Assembly: GCA_017499595.2 (NCBI GenBank)
Contig: CM039007.1
Coordinates: forward strand, 186,001 to 250,000
Reading direction: 5' to 3'
Length of the DNA: 64,000 nt
Origin: Psilocybe cubensis
Taxonomy: Eukaryota
Shown: positions 26,001 to 39,341 of the stretch, one piece after another
How the letters are laid out: every line of letters begins with the position of its first letter
Numbering within the stretch: the stretch's first letter is position 1
Notes under the pieces: model-generated
The model's input: the letters and a program-made list of their open reading frames with translations, nothing else
Told to the model about the DNA's origin: nothing
The model's database searches: none
Translations under genes and position numbers: made by a program

Positions 26001-27557
26001 CGTAGATACATATGCAGAAACTCACTGACTGAATGTAAACTCGCAGACACGACCGTGATCGCGCCATTGTCCTGCACGCCATGTGGCCAGACGCCAAGTC
26101 AATCGACGACTATGCCGCCTTCTTCGCCCAACAAGTCAAGGCACAGATCAACCAGAAGGCGTGGTCGTATACTAACGGTGTTCCGGGAAAGTACGTCGAC
26201 ATCGTCAAGGATGTCGTTTACCCCTCTGTCGCCCATGTTGCTGCCGATCTCTTGGTTTGTCTTTTTTGTTTATTCATAAATACTTTTAGGCTGACAAAGG
26301 TTTGTGTTCTCGATAAATAGACTGGTATTCCTCTCAAGACTGATGCTAACCCTCATGGACTCTTCACCGAGCTCGAGTTCTTCGAGATGCTCTCCACTCT
26401 CGTATGCATCCTTTTTTATGACCTCAGATATGGATGTTAACCTATCCACCCTAGTTCACAAACACGTTCTTGGCGTTCGACCAGACCGAAATCAGCTTCG
26501 GCCTCCACGACGCGTCGCTCAAAGCCGGAACCATTGTCGGTGCACTCGCCGCCAAGTCCCTGCTCGAAGTCGCGCCCTCTGCTGCACCCGTGAGCTAACT
26601 AATCGTACCATGCAACTGTCCGATCTCACTCACTTTTTGTAGAACGTTCTCGGTCGTGTTGCCGCGTCCGTAGTGTCCTTCATCTGGCCCGCCAACGACA
26701 AGCCCTGGTACCCCTTCCTCCAACGTCTCGCAGCGTCTGGTCGTCCTCTTGACGAGCTTCTCGGTAACCTTCTCGGTGTCGCCGTCGGAGCTAGTGTCAA
26801 CCACGGCCATGCCACTGTCAACGTCATCGACTTCTACCTCGATGACAAGAGGAAAGCGGAGAGGGAACACATCGTCCAGCTTGTGAAGAGGAACGATAAG
26901 GAGAGCGCTGCGCTGCTGCTGGGATATGTCTCTGAGGCCATGCGTACGTCCTCTTTTGTAGCAGGCTTATTTGTATCATTGACCCTTTTTTCTTTTACAA
27001 TCAGGTCTGCAACCTCAATTTGAGGGTCTCTGGCGAGAGGCTACGGTTGATACTGTTATCAACCAGGGACCAGGACTTCCTCCTCTGGAAGTCAAGGCTG
27101 GCGATCGTCTCCGTGGCAGCTTCAGGAATGCCCACCTGAACGTAAGCAACATTCACTACAGATCTTGACCTTCTCGTACTTAGCATGCACTCTTTGCAGC
27201 CTCTCGACTTCCCCGACCCGACCAACGTCAACCCTCGCCGCCCACCAACTGCATACGACACCATCAACGGCACCGGATTCCACGGTTGCCCAGGTGTCGC
27301 GTACGCCCGCAAGGCCATCGTCGAGGCGGTCAAAATCGTCTTCAGTTTGAAGAACGTCAGGCGCGCGGCTGGAGATGCAGGAACACTGAGACGCTTCCAC
27401 GAGATCGTCCACGAGACCGAGACCGATGTGTTCGTGCAGAGGAACGGAACGACGAGCCCATGGCCTGGCTCGATGAACATCGTGGTATGTCATTTATTTC
27501 CTTTGATGTCTTTGTTTGAATCGGCGTTGATCTTGCCTTCTTTAGTTCGATGTTTAA
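23070..27557 (+). CDS. Linoleate diol synthase / Ppo-type fatty-acid dioxygenase-cytochrome P450 fusion
   Basis: YRHADGG, TSSYLDLSPVYG, DEEIFQTARL, SVEFNILYRWH, QAREWGLCTMNEFRKFLGL, LYGHIDNLELY, LVRGDRF. C-terminal P450 with EAMR (ExxR) and GFHGCPG heme Cys. Confidence 0.93.
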
Positions 27558-28372
27558 GGGGTTACAATGTACTAGGTGGTACTTTCTTGTGCAACTACCC
27601 ACTTTTGCTTTGTCCAAAATGTTTCTTGGAAGTTTACCTTCTCCGCTATGTAGTTTTGTTATCATTTTCCACGTCTTATTCATTAGCTCACATTTGTTAT
27701 GTTATTAATTCAATCATCAATCTAACGATTTTCTCAAATTCTCCCTGATGTGCTTTCCCTAATAACACATTGCTTCTGGAACAAACATTGTGAGGTTGAA
27801 CGTTGGATGTCATGTACCTGCAGAACGTTGACAGAACGGGCAAAATTTTCGTTTGCTCTTATCAAAGCTTGGTTTAGGCCTTGGAAATAAACAATGAGTT
27901 ATTACGGCCGACAAATTTCCATCTTTTGAGCAGCTGAGCTTGCTGCGAGCAACCTTGGAGCAACCTGCGAGAGTGAATTGTGTCGAATCTTTCAAACTTT
28001 GAAGCTTCTTCATCTACTGCGTCTACTTTGCATTGACTAATGGCTACAGTGTCTCGGATCCGGCTTTTCACGGATTTTTTTGTGACAGCCTTTGTTGTTC
28101 CTGAGCGCCACCTCGCTTTGAAAGAGTACGAACATCGACTTCGTGACTCTCAACTTTCGCTAAACTCGACTTCCAATTGGCCATGATGATGATTCCTACC
28201 CTTCTCCGCAGTTCGATTTTTGAACTTCTTTCATAGTCTTTCATGCGGTGGCCCATGGATGCCAAGAGAGGAGGGGCCTTTCGATATAATCCTGATCTTC
28301 ACCAACATTATCACTGGTTAGCCTACAACCCTTTTCGACACCGACGGCGTTCAACGTATTTAACAACAACTT

Positions 28373-29761
28373 ATGAACGAACCCAGTACCTCACTTGTCA
28401 GGCCCATGTCCGCCATCGACTTTATGCATCTTCCCGAAATTGTCGATGCCATCGTTGATTCCATTGTGCCAGAGCTTGGTGGTAACCTTCATGCCCATAA
28501 TCTCCCTTTCCTTGTCGCATGCACCCAAATTTCGAAGTCGTTCGCCTACGCTGCACGGAAACGCATTTTCTCCACCATAATCATTGACCAGCATCATCAG
28601 TCGCTGATTACTTCCGGTCTCACAATCAGCACAGGCAAATATCTAAACAATATCATGACCAGATTAATCCATTTCATGAACAATGAAAAATCAGATTTGG
28701 TCGTACATATCCGCAAACTCGAGATTAGGATCGACTTCAATTCCTTCCTTCTTTCAGAAAGTTCTCGTCTAAGCCTTCTTCTGGCCACCTTCCGCGATAG
28801 GGCATTCAACCTGAACGCCCTTTCCATTGTTTCCAGGCCGGATACTTGGTGGAATCTCATTCCTGTAGCGATTGTGGATCTCCTTAGGGATATGTGCCGG
28901 TCGTTGCCTATTTCGCGCCTTCGATTTGAGAACGTGAACAGCATTCCAGCCACCGTCTTGTCTTCTCAACACACGCCTCGTTTACAATGGTTCGAGCTAG
29001 GCACATCGTCATTCGCATTTCAATCCATTCGACAGGTGACCAACTGGACCAACTTTATTCCTGACACCGGAAAATACAAGATTGATTTTATTCATGAGCG
29101 CGAGCTAATCGTCACTGCTGTCGATGCGGACTTCCACCGCTACGACACCATGTCTTTCTCTCAATTTATAAACAAGGTATCAGCGACGGTTGAGTCAATT
29201 ACTTGGTACGTATAAATGTTCTACATTATATTGCTTTACTTAAACGAAACCATTAACAATAGTTTTCTGCGGAAGGGAGAACTTGAGACAGGCTATCTCA
29301 TTGACCTCGGGACTTTGCCTCGACTCCACCAATTGACTATCAAGCAATTTCCAAACTCAAGTGACTTCGAACACTCTATGGAGAAGATTGGCGCATGCCT
29401 ACACCACGGAGACGAGAAATCGTCGATCAGGGAACTCGTAATCCTTCTCTGGTTGGAAGATTGTTATAACTATAACGGTGCCAACACTGTCTCCGCTGTC
29501 GACTTTTCGCTCCTTCAAAAGCTTCGCCTGGACTTTCTTTCCGATAAACACCCTTCTTTGCAGAAAATCGAGCTATACATCGTGGTGGAGGTACTATTCT
29601 GTGACCAGGAACCCATGTTACCTAGAGTCGAAGCGCTGGAGAAACACGTTCGGAATGAAATCTGCCATTCTATGACATCTGACATGTCGTATCACGATTT
29701 GGACCACTCTTTCCCCTTGCTACCCAAGGTTCAAGTCAGGATACATTTTTCTTGTGAATAA
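28373..29761 (+). CDS. F-box-like protein, 2 exons
   Basis: HLPEIVDAIVDSI...LVACTQISKSFAYAARKRIF. Shares blocks (FLLxESSxL, HPSLQ, LLPxxxV) and intron phase with 14514-15939. Confidence 0.75.
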
Positions 29762-30005
29762 TAAGCTTCCTTCCGCAAGTCAATTGTATCACGGTAGGCA
29801 GCACCAATGGGGTCATGCGTGTTTTTCTTTAGATTACTGTTATCAGCGTAATGCTTTGTGTTATTTCAGCAAAATTGAACGGTAGGCTAGGAAATGGCAG
29901 TATTATTCCAGGTTCAGTTTATATCCTTGCATTATATGCCAAAAATTAACAGCTGAATACCCGATCTTGTAAGTAGTAGATGGAAGGTGAAATAGGGGTA
30001 AAATA

Positions 30006-30031
30006 GGGGGGGGGGGGGGGGGGGGGGGGGG
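30006..30031. repeat. Poly-G tract, 26 nt
   Basis: Read directly; lies between convergent genes. Confidence 0.9.
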
Positions 30032-30108
30032 CGTTGCTCATGTTTGCCAACGACTTCCGAGTCGTCGATGTTGTACCACCTACTTAAAGTGTTCTCATTC
30101 TCCGTTAT

Positions 30109-30693
30109 CTATACTGCATTTAAAGTCCCAGAAGACGTACTCTCTACAATTCTCCCTCCAACCACAATGTCTATTGCCAGATTCACAACTTCCCTATCAA
30201 CCTGAAAAGTGAGTCTCTCCACCGCATCCTCCACATCCACAAACACCGACTCAAAATTCTCATTCTCCATCTGCGATCCCTCCACCTTTTCCACACCCTC
30301 CTCAACAACCGTAATATACCAAAATATAATTTTCGAATTCGAGCTGCCCAAATCGCGCACGGTCACAGCAATAGGCTCCACCAATCCACCTGCAATCTCG
30401 ACCACATGCACATTGCTGACACCTGGCACCGTCGCGCGCGTTGGCATGCGCTGCGGCCACAACGCACAGACGTACCCCGTCTCCTCGTACGTCTCGCGCA
30501 CGGCGGCTTGCTCTATTGTTTCACCACGGTCTTTACGGCCTTTGGGGAGGAGCCACTCGTCACGGGTGAGCTGGTGCAGTATGCAGATCTCAAGCGTGTT
30601 GGTGGATGCTCTGCGCCGGAAGAGGACGCTTCCAGCAGAGAGAACGAAGGACCCAGCGAGGTATTGCGTCGTTGGATGGCGCGGGGCTGCCAT
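30109..30693 (-). CDS. Nudix hydrolase, intronless
   Basis: Nudix box LPKGRKDRGETIEQAAVRETYEETGY; likely start MAAPRHP. Confidence 0.92.
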   Translation of the reverse strand: MAAPRHPTTQYLAGSFVLSAGSVLFRRRASTNTLEICILHQLTRDEWLLPKGRKDRGETIEQAAVRETYEETGYVCALWPQRMPTRATVPGVSNVHVVEIAGGLVEPIAVTVRDLGSSNSKIIFWYITVVEEGVEKVEGSQMENENFESVFVDVEDAVERLTFQVDREVVNLAIDIVVGGRIVESTSSGTLNAV

Positions 30694-32119
30694 TGCAAAT
30701 GAATGGGTGTATGTGTGTGTATATGATGAGGGTGAAATGGCAAGAAGTATTTGGTTGGTGACGTATTCGGTGTGAAATGACTGATAAGTAATTGCCTCCG
30801 GCTGCGTTCCCGGGTTTTGATTCAAGACACCTTCGCCTTTGCTGTGGCTCCGGATGGACGGCAGCAAAATATTTTCGGGAGAACGTTGCGAGAATAAAGT
30901 GTTACTGGACGCCTGTCGAGTACAAGTGCATCTGGTTAAGTATAGCCGCGCATCACACACGTTCGTACCCGTTTTCCAGGAACAACATATTATTTATCTG
31001 CTTTAACGTAATTTATACTTTCCAGGGTCCTGGGGTCACTGTCAACGTCGCGTCTTATCTATGAGGGTCGGTTCAATCAACAAAAGGGAGCAAAAAGAAG
31101 GGCATTCTTGAGGCTGGCTACAACAACTATCGCGTGGTTTTTCGTTGCATTCACCACACTCATAACGCAAGAGAACGACTGACTATAGGGTGGGTACGAT
31201 TTCGCTGCTGGAAAATCAGCACAAGTTTCACATGGCAGCGGGCGGTGAGTTTGAGCGCTTAAAGAGACCTCTTCACGCTGATTGTATATCTCAGGCACAA
31301 TTCGGCTACCAGACTCTCCACAATTCGAACGTTTGTGCACAATCCAACAACAAAATAGCGCTCAAAGTATCAAATATCAATGCCAACCAAATCAACAAAG
31401 CAGCCTCTTAATGGTTAAACTGAATGGTAATTGTGGTCGTACGACCATATCATCCGAAAAGAGCATCTGTTGCCAATTGGCTGCCGGTGAGTCCGACTTT
31501 TGATCCCAAACATATATATAAGTACTTCCACGTCAGAGGATTTGCCACTGTCTAGTACATGTCATCAATTTGATAACTTGCTACTCAATTGCAAGAAGAA
31601 TGAACTACGCCAAACTGTCTTTGGGTTCCACATGGCATCTGCAAACATGACGAACCCGGAGAGTGCTAATATAAACTAATGATACACAGAATTTAGAAAT
31701 GACATTGGGCCTTGCGCGCGCTGAAGTGTCAGCTGCCTGGGGAATTGTTGAATATGGGACTAGTATGGGCAACGACAATGGGGACCACTGTCACCAAACT
31801 TGGATCCAACAGTGACCTAGTACTACGAATCCTGCACTGGAGTCATTATGACTATATGAGCTAAATGGTATGTCTCCTCGCTGTATCCAATTCAGTGATA
31901 TAATTGTGACTGCTTGATATCTGATGACCATGCCAAGTTAGTTATGATAGGAATCGCAACGGACTTGCCCACCTGACAAATTGTAATCAATCATCATAAT
32001 CAAGCATCAACACCAAATTCATGTTTGACAGTCATGACTCCACCAGCGTGATTGGTATATATTGAACAGAACCCTACCTAGCACGCATCGGACCTTTAAT
32101 TATCACCGAAGCGTCAAGT

Positions 32120-35100
32120 ATGTCCAACAACAACGACCACCACGCTGAATCCAACACGAAGCACAACGATGTCGTGCCCCAGACCGAAAAGTAAGTTCGA
32201 ATTTGCATAGATATGATTGTGTTATTGACATTGAAAGCGTGCTGGTAGATCCGAAAATGACATGAACGTTTCGATTCCTGGTGATGTGGATCCTGCCATA
32301 GCACAAGCACCTGAGTTCGCGATGCTTGGGAGATTGATGCAGATGATGTCTCATCCTACTCCCAATACCACCAGTGCACCGTCCAATGATACCCCTGCAG
32401 CAAATGCTCGCTCTCAACCACCAGAAACTACCCCGGAGACTGCACTGTCTGAACTTGTGAAAATCTTCGACGACTTGATGGTAAATTTGTGATTTTAAGT
32501 TTACAACACTGGTTTGTTGTTATTCTAATTATTTGTTTATTGCGGTGACAATGGCAGCACGTTCAAAGTAAGATACCTCAACTCGCCAATCAGGAGATCC
32601 CAACAGCTACCATTGCAAGTGATTTCCGGAAGGTGGAACGTCCAACGGCGGAGGGCCCACTTTACAACTCTTTGGAATACACAAAAGAGGGTGTACGGGA
32701 TCTGCTTGGTATGGTTAAAGATGCCTTTTCGATGATAGACAAAATGGCCGGCCATGATTCTACTACATTTACTTCTTCTCCGGAGTCGTCGAAGGCGGGT
32801 AGGCTCGGGACCTCTGCACTTACCTCTATTTTGGACGCATCGGCGAAGTCCAGGCTAGCATCATCAGATACGGAAAGCACCACCAAATCTGAGCAGCCAC
32901 CCATTCACAATGACCTTGCTGCAATGAACCTGACTGCCGTCACCCGACTCTATCAGACAAACGAGCTGGTGATACGTACCAATATCAAAAAACTGTATGA
33001 TCATCTTGTCACCGTTCCTGAGGACGACGACAGCTATCCTTTCATCCAGTCAACAATCGGCATTAACATGCTCCACTTATACGAAGTGACATGGGATAGC
33101 GATGCCCTTGAAGCAGGCTGCGACGGAACTAGCCGCGCTCTACAAAGGCTATCTCAGCTCCCAGATGTTCCAAGAGTAAGGTCAGCTCCAACAATTGTAC
33201 GCGGCTGGGCGTATGGCCAACGTTTGCTCGTCCAGAAGTTTGGAGATGTTGACAAGTTGGATGCCGCTTTGGCGGTTTTGAGGCAAACTTGGGGGATCTG
33301 CAAGGATTTGCCTGGAATTCCGTCTCGAGTCATGGAATTTCTCCGCACTGAGATGGGTATGTGTCTTGCTGATCACTATCGGTGCACAGGGAACCTGGAT
33401 AGCTTAAACGATGCCATCGACCATTTATTTGCGCTTACCGAAGACGAACCAACCTCCAGTCCAGCCACTGCCGTCCTTGGCTTAGCCTATTATGATCGTT
33501 TTGTGCACCAGGGAGAGCTGGAAGATTTGCATCGTGCCCTGCGCCGTGGTCAGATGTGTTCCCAATCGCTGGCGGCTATAGATGCAGGAAGCCAAGCTTA
33601 CGATGCTGATACAGCTGCAGGCCATCGACTTTACGCTCTGGCGCTATCCGAACGCTTCAAAATGACAATGGACATCGATGACTTGAACAAGGCTGTTAAA
33701 CATGGGATTAAGGCACTAGGGCTTCTTCACCCTTCCCATCCGCTTCGCGTTCCGTATACAATCGACCTCGCCACAATCCTTTATTCTCGTCATCTGGCAG
33801 TTGAAAATGGTACTGTGGATCTGCGTACGGCATTAGAAAGTGTACAGACTGCCATTACGGCTGCAGATAACGATATCGGGCGACACTCTCGCATTCCCGC
33901 TGAATCGACTATCGGATTTCTCACTGCCGTCTCAGCGGAGAAACAAATGGATTTGTCCGGAGTCGATGCAGGGATTTCCATTATACAAAAGTCCAGGAAG
34001 AACTTTTCCGGTCCTCTGCATTTAGAATCTCGAGTCGAGAACTACCTCTCCAAAGCACTATTATGCCGTTTCCGCCTTGGTAAAAATGTTGAGGATTTCG
34101 AAAAAGCGCTTCATCATGCACAGCTGGCATTTGACAAGGCATCAGAGGGCTCCCCGTATCGTTTCCAATGTGGGCTGGAACTAGGCCAGCTGTTGGTTCA
34201 GCACTATCAATCCGGACGGTCCGAAACATGCGATGACGCCATTGCGCATTTCGTATCGGTAGCTTTATCCTCGACGTGGCCCTCTTTGCGATTAAATGCG
34301 GCGATTGAATGGGCTAACACGGCGGAACTTTCTGATGCCTCGGAGGGAGCTGAAGACGCCTTGCTTCTCGCTCTTGAGATCTTACCAACGCTGGCTTCAC
34401 TGTCCAACCGCATTCCGGAGCATTATCGACTCTTGTCATCTCAAAAGGCTTCCATCCCAAATAGAGCCGCCATCTATGCGCTGAGTCGCAATAATGTGAT
34501 CGATGCAGTTTCACGCCTTGAACAAGGGCGCAACATTATGTGGACACAGTCGCTACAACTCAAGGTGGGACACATGCTTCCAGGCGGGGACGAACGCCAA
34601 CGCGAATTCAAATTGCTTTCAGAGCATCTTCTACAAACAGGCCACGGATCTATAATGCCAAGGACTGTGGAGGAGATGCAAGATTTCATGAAGCACGTTC
34701 CTCCCAATCCAGTCGCTTCTCTCCTCAACGACTCTGTTCAAGGTACCTTCAATAAGGTTATAAACAGCTTAGTTGAGCTGGGGGGACACGACCAGGTCAG
34801 AAAGGATCTAGGAGCGTTGGGCGAGTTCAAAACGGAATATATGGAGGCGTATATGGATGCATCGCGTCATAGCTCAGCAAATAGATGGTCTACGCTGCAC
34901 TCTGAGCTGCAAGGGACTGGACATGTACTCGGCCTTTCTGAGTCGTACGAGGATGATCTAAAGCCTATCGTCGCGAACGGATGTATAGTCATTCTTAGTC
35001 CCTACTCTCTTCGATGCGATGCGATTGTTATCCATTCAAATGGAGAAGACCTTGTTTTCCATCATTTACCATTACCTGAACTATCTGGAGACGAGATCCA

Positions 35101-36025
35101 GGCCTGGGCAGAGACGCTACGATCTGGCACACACGAATTCCAACGTGGTAAACTGTCGTCGGAAGACTTTGAAAACGAATATCTCAAGCCCATTCTACGA
35201 GGATTATGGACAGGGATGGCACTTCCACTTCTGGATTACCTCAAGCGCACCGGAGAGCGGAAACGTGTGTGGTGGTATCCAACCGGCGCCTCGATGTTTT
35301 TGCCACTTCACGCTGCTTCTCCATGTGAGAAAGGTCAGCTCGGATTGCTCGACCTTGTAGTCTCCTCGTATATCCCATCAATCCAGTCGCTCATCCGTGC
35401 TGCAAAATCGCCTTCTTCTCCCGTGAAAGCTCTAGCTGTTGGTCTGCCAAACACCCCCGGTTACACACCACTCAAGTTTGTTGAGAAGGAGATTAAAGCT
35501 CTGAAGAAACGCTTTTATTACGTCCCCGATCAATTGACAACTCTAATTGGGGAGGAAGCAGATATATATCCAGTCATTAGCAAACTCCCAGATCATTCCT
35601 GCATCCATCTATCGTGCCACGCGTATCAAGACGAAGAATACCCATTCAACAGCTCATTCTTTCTCAACAATGGCAAATTAAAACTATCCAAACTGATGGC
35701 GTTGGATCTCTCTCGCGTACAGTTTGCCTTCTTGTCTGCGTGCCTTACCTCTGCTGGAGATGCGAGTGTTCCTGACGAATGCATCCACCTTGCTGCTGGG
35801 ATGCAATTCTCCGGAGTTCAATCTGTGATTGGTACGATGTGGAGCGTAATGGACGGAGCGGCAGCCGCTGCTTCAACCAAAGTCTATTCGCACTTCTTTA
35901 GGAATGGGGTGGAAAATGCAAACATGAGAGAAGGAGCAGAAGCGCTACATGAGGCCGTTATTGACATGCAAAAGAGGAATTATCCTTTGATGTATATTGT
36001 TCCTTTCATTCACTTAGGCCTTTGA
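32120..36025 (+). CDS. TPR-like repeat plus CHAT (caspase-like) domain protein
   Basis: Helical repeats (DSLNDAI, EDLHRAL, DDLNKAV). CHAT motifs RVWWYPTG..FLPLHAA, VVSSYIPS, IHLSCHA (His), AFLSAC (Cys), DECIHLAAGM, VIGTMWSV, PFIHLG. Two short 5' introns. Confidence 0.93.
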
Positions 36026-36692
36026 TTTTCTGTTCATTCAGGACATTGGCTGTCCCTGTCTCATATATGTTAATCAGAGCGACTACAGAAAATATGATTC
36101 ACTGTATATCTATTCTTCGCGTATCACGGTTCTTTGATGCACTGGTTAACAACCAAAGATGGGACTCTAGTGGTGCTTCACATTGCCCCTGGACTGTCGC
36201 CAACAGCGTTTAGAATTAATACTATAGTAATAAGTGACGCCGTAATGTAAACGTTGCGATCTTCCCACGTTTTGAGCAGTGTTACCCAACAACATTGTGT
36301 GACTGTTTCGTTTTCGTCCTATACTACTATCCGACTTAACCTGGCCAGTTTCTCCATAGAAATTGGAAATCCCTACAACTGTGGACCATCTCAGATACCT
36401 TAATTTCTCGATAAAACACCTCTATTCATATCTATCGTCCTACACTCATTCTCACAGGCTGTTACTGAATGATACCCACGTTTGTTGATTGTTCAACATC
36501 ACCAAATTAGCCAATTTTGGACAAGCACTTGTCGAGACCCAGTATCTACTGGTAGATACACAGGACACCTATGGTAGGCTCCTATGTCCATATGATGTGA
36601 CAAGTGAAATAATTCCCCACAAACGTAATAGACAGTACCAAATCCACCGAAGAGAAATACTGCTGGTGATGATTATGTGCGCGGTAAGATAG

Positions 36693-38170
36693 GCCAAAAC
36701 CATCTATCATGCAGAGTTTCATAAAATATCAGCGTCTGGTATCACCTTCCGAAGAAAGAAAATAACTGTCAATGGCGTAATATGGCCATATGTTGTCTAT
36801 TTTCTTTCGTCGCCACCTTCCAACGACTTTGGGACAGTGGGAGATATTGCGGCGATAAAAGATGAGCCAGGCTGTGAACTTGCATCCACACAGCCCCGCG
36901 ATCACGGTCAGAGGGAACATCAAACAAAATACCACCTCATATTTTGGATCCGTCAGGCGCAGGAATGGGTCCTTGCAAACCACGCGAACGACGAAGCTGG
37001 CAGGCCAGTCCAAACCCACCCGATGTTACACGTAAAGTATAGGCTAGATCAAAAGCGAGCACAATGGAAGAACAATTCCTCGTTTTATATTACTGAAGGA
37101 TGGAAGGCATGGAAGAAGGTGGGAAGAAACGGAGTTACCGCGAGTGAGATAATGGAGCCGTCTCTGAAGGCAGAGACAAGCAATGGCAATCTGGCTGGAA
37201 ACGTAATAGAAAGTCCGTCTTGTTTTCATTCTAATGCTCATTAAATATTCCTTACTAACATCGAGGAAAAGAACACAGAAGTTCTTCTTGTCGAGATATC
37301 TCAAACCCGCAACCATCCCATCATGGAACCATAGGTACTCCCAACTCCAAGTTATATTTCTCATCCTACATTTACTGAATAGCATTCATAGCGACAAATT
37401 TTTCACTTAAACAATCTCACAATGAACAAGGAAATATCCTATCTTTGCAAGTAACAAAAGAACATACACATTCAGTGGAGTCACCATCGCATTACAATGC
37501 CAATATTATTAATGCGCGACGTGAATTGACGGGCCACACATGCGAGCAACAGGAAACACGTACGGGAAATGATGACGATATTTACATTGAAGACGAAGAA
37601 CTCCAATATCCTCAATCGCCTAGTTCCTCCTCCAAGGACACCCCCTCATCACCGGTTGCTCCTTTCCCCCATTGTTCGCGTACAGACCAACATGTCGATT
37701 TTGATCGTATTCAACAACAGGTCCAACAACCTCCAATCCAACATTTACCCCCACGATCCCAAGCCTATTCGTACGCTTACCTCCAGTCTACGGCGCAGCT
37801 TGATGCGCGTGTACATGACAATGACCAAGAGTCACTGTCGGACCCGCTTTCATGTCCCGCTGCTGCTTCTCCTTCTCATAAAATTGAGGTGTCGCCGATC
37901 CCATCGAAGTCCGACATAGGCGTCCAGGTGTCTGAATTCCAATTGGGTATCCCATCGACCACTTTGGAGCAAAAGATTACTCGTCTCCTAGAAGAAGCTG
38001 CGGCAGAGAGGCGCGAGATGGTGTCTTCAATTCGACGGCTTGAGAAAAGGATCGAAACCCTTCAGAACGATACAGGAAGAGTGCACACTTGCTCATGTTC
38101 TGTAATGAAGCCTCAAACCTGTAAGCGAAAACGAGCAGACGAAGACCTTGAAGTTGTCATCGGGCATTGA
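36693..38170 (+). CDS. Hypothetical protein, start uncertain; paralogue of 50990-53548
   Basis: Open frame KITVNGVIWPYVVYFLSSPPSNDFGTVGDIAAI...WIRQAQEW...HPMLHVKYRLD. Last exon has EELQYP, a coiled coil and KRKR. Confidence 0.65.
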
Positions 38171-38708
38171 TTAGATTTCCTTCATGCAGGATTCCAGGTT
38201 CGATTTTTGTGAACTCAACATTGGATATGGTGCATGGTCATGGACCATTCAGGATCAATAGCTATGATCTCTGTTACATCTTCTTGATTTTTTGAACTCG
38301 TACATTTGCAGAAACATGAAGGGCAAGAATGAAATGGCACGGCCGATGTCGGAACATACACAGGCGGCCGCTGGACACATTTTTGGATGTGTTTGGCCGA
38401 TGTATGTCAGACACAAATAAACATGTGTCTGCCACCTCCATCCGATATCAGTGGGTGACACAACAGGCCGAAATTCATGTGGCTGCCACATAAGTGCCAA
38501 GCACCGTTTGTGTCAGCCACATTCTAGCAAATACATATTTTTTTGTAGGCTTTTCATATGTATTCACAGTATAATATCATTGTGAAATTTTATTTTTGGT
38601 CTTTCATACAAGATTAGGTTATAATAAAACACCATATATTGAGCATGAAGCTGAAGCTAAATAACTACTAATCTAACGTCTATCCTATAAAGTACTCACT
38701 GGGTTATT

Positions 38709-38868
38709 GCATCCACAAATACCCATTCCACAGAGCCAAACTATGGTGTCGACGATGGCGATCGATTCCGGCTATGGCGTTGACGATGTTGTGTTGCGCA
38801 TCCAACTATCACCCATTCTCCAGAGCCAAACTATGGTGTCGACGATGGCTATCGATTCCGGCAATGGT
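38709..38868. repeat. Direct repeat with 90-bp period, 2 copies
   Basis: CAGAGCCAAACTATGGTGTCGACGATGGCxATCGATTCCGGC at 38731 and 38821. Confidence 0.9.
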
Positions 38869-39341
38869 GTTCTTGGACCTTGTCAAACTTCAAAGCACAT
38901 ATTCTTGAACCTGTGGTGTTAAAATAAGTAATTTTCGCCATGGATAGCTGTCTAAAAATACTCAGCAATAAGCAGGTTCTTGCACCAGTGCGCGATCTAC
39001 AAATCAAATGTCAGTCACCAAAAAAAAACTATGCCCAACCATGCCGCTCAACGCGTTCCCACATATTGGGAATCTGGATCTTTCCAGTGCATGGCTTTTA
39101 GTACATGAAAGGGCTGGATCTCTTAACAATGCACGGCGGAAAACACGGTGCCGCTGTGCGAGATCATGGAGGAAAAGATGAAAGCGATAACTCGTTGCTG
39201 TTGATCAAATGATCACCGGTGCCAAACACTAGCAAACTGAATATTAGGGGCTACATGTTCTCAACATCAACTTCAGATTTAGTTGCGTTTACACATACAT
39301 TTCCGCATAATTAATAACTATATTGTAGTGGAGTCTAGTGG

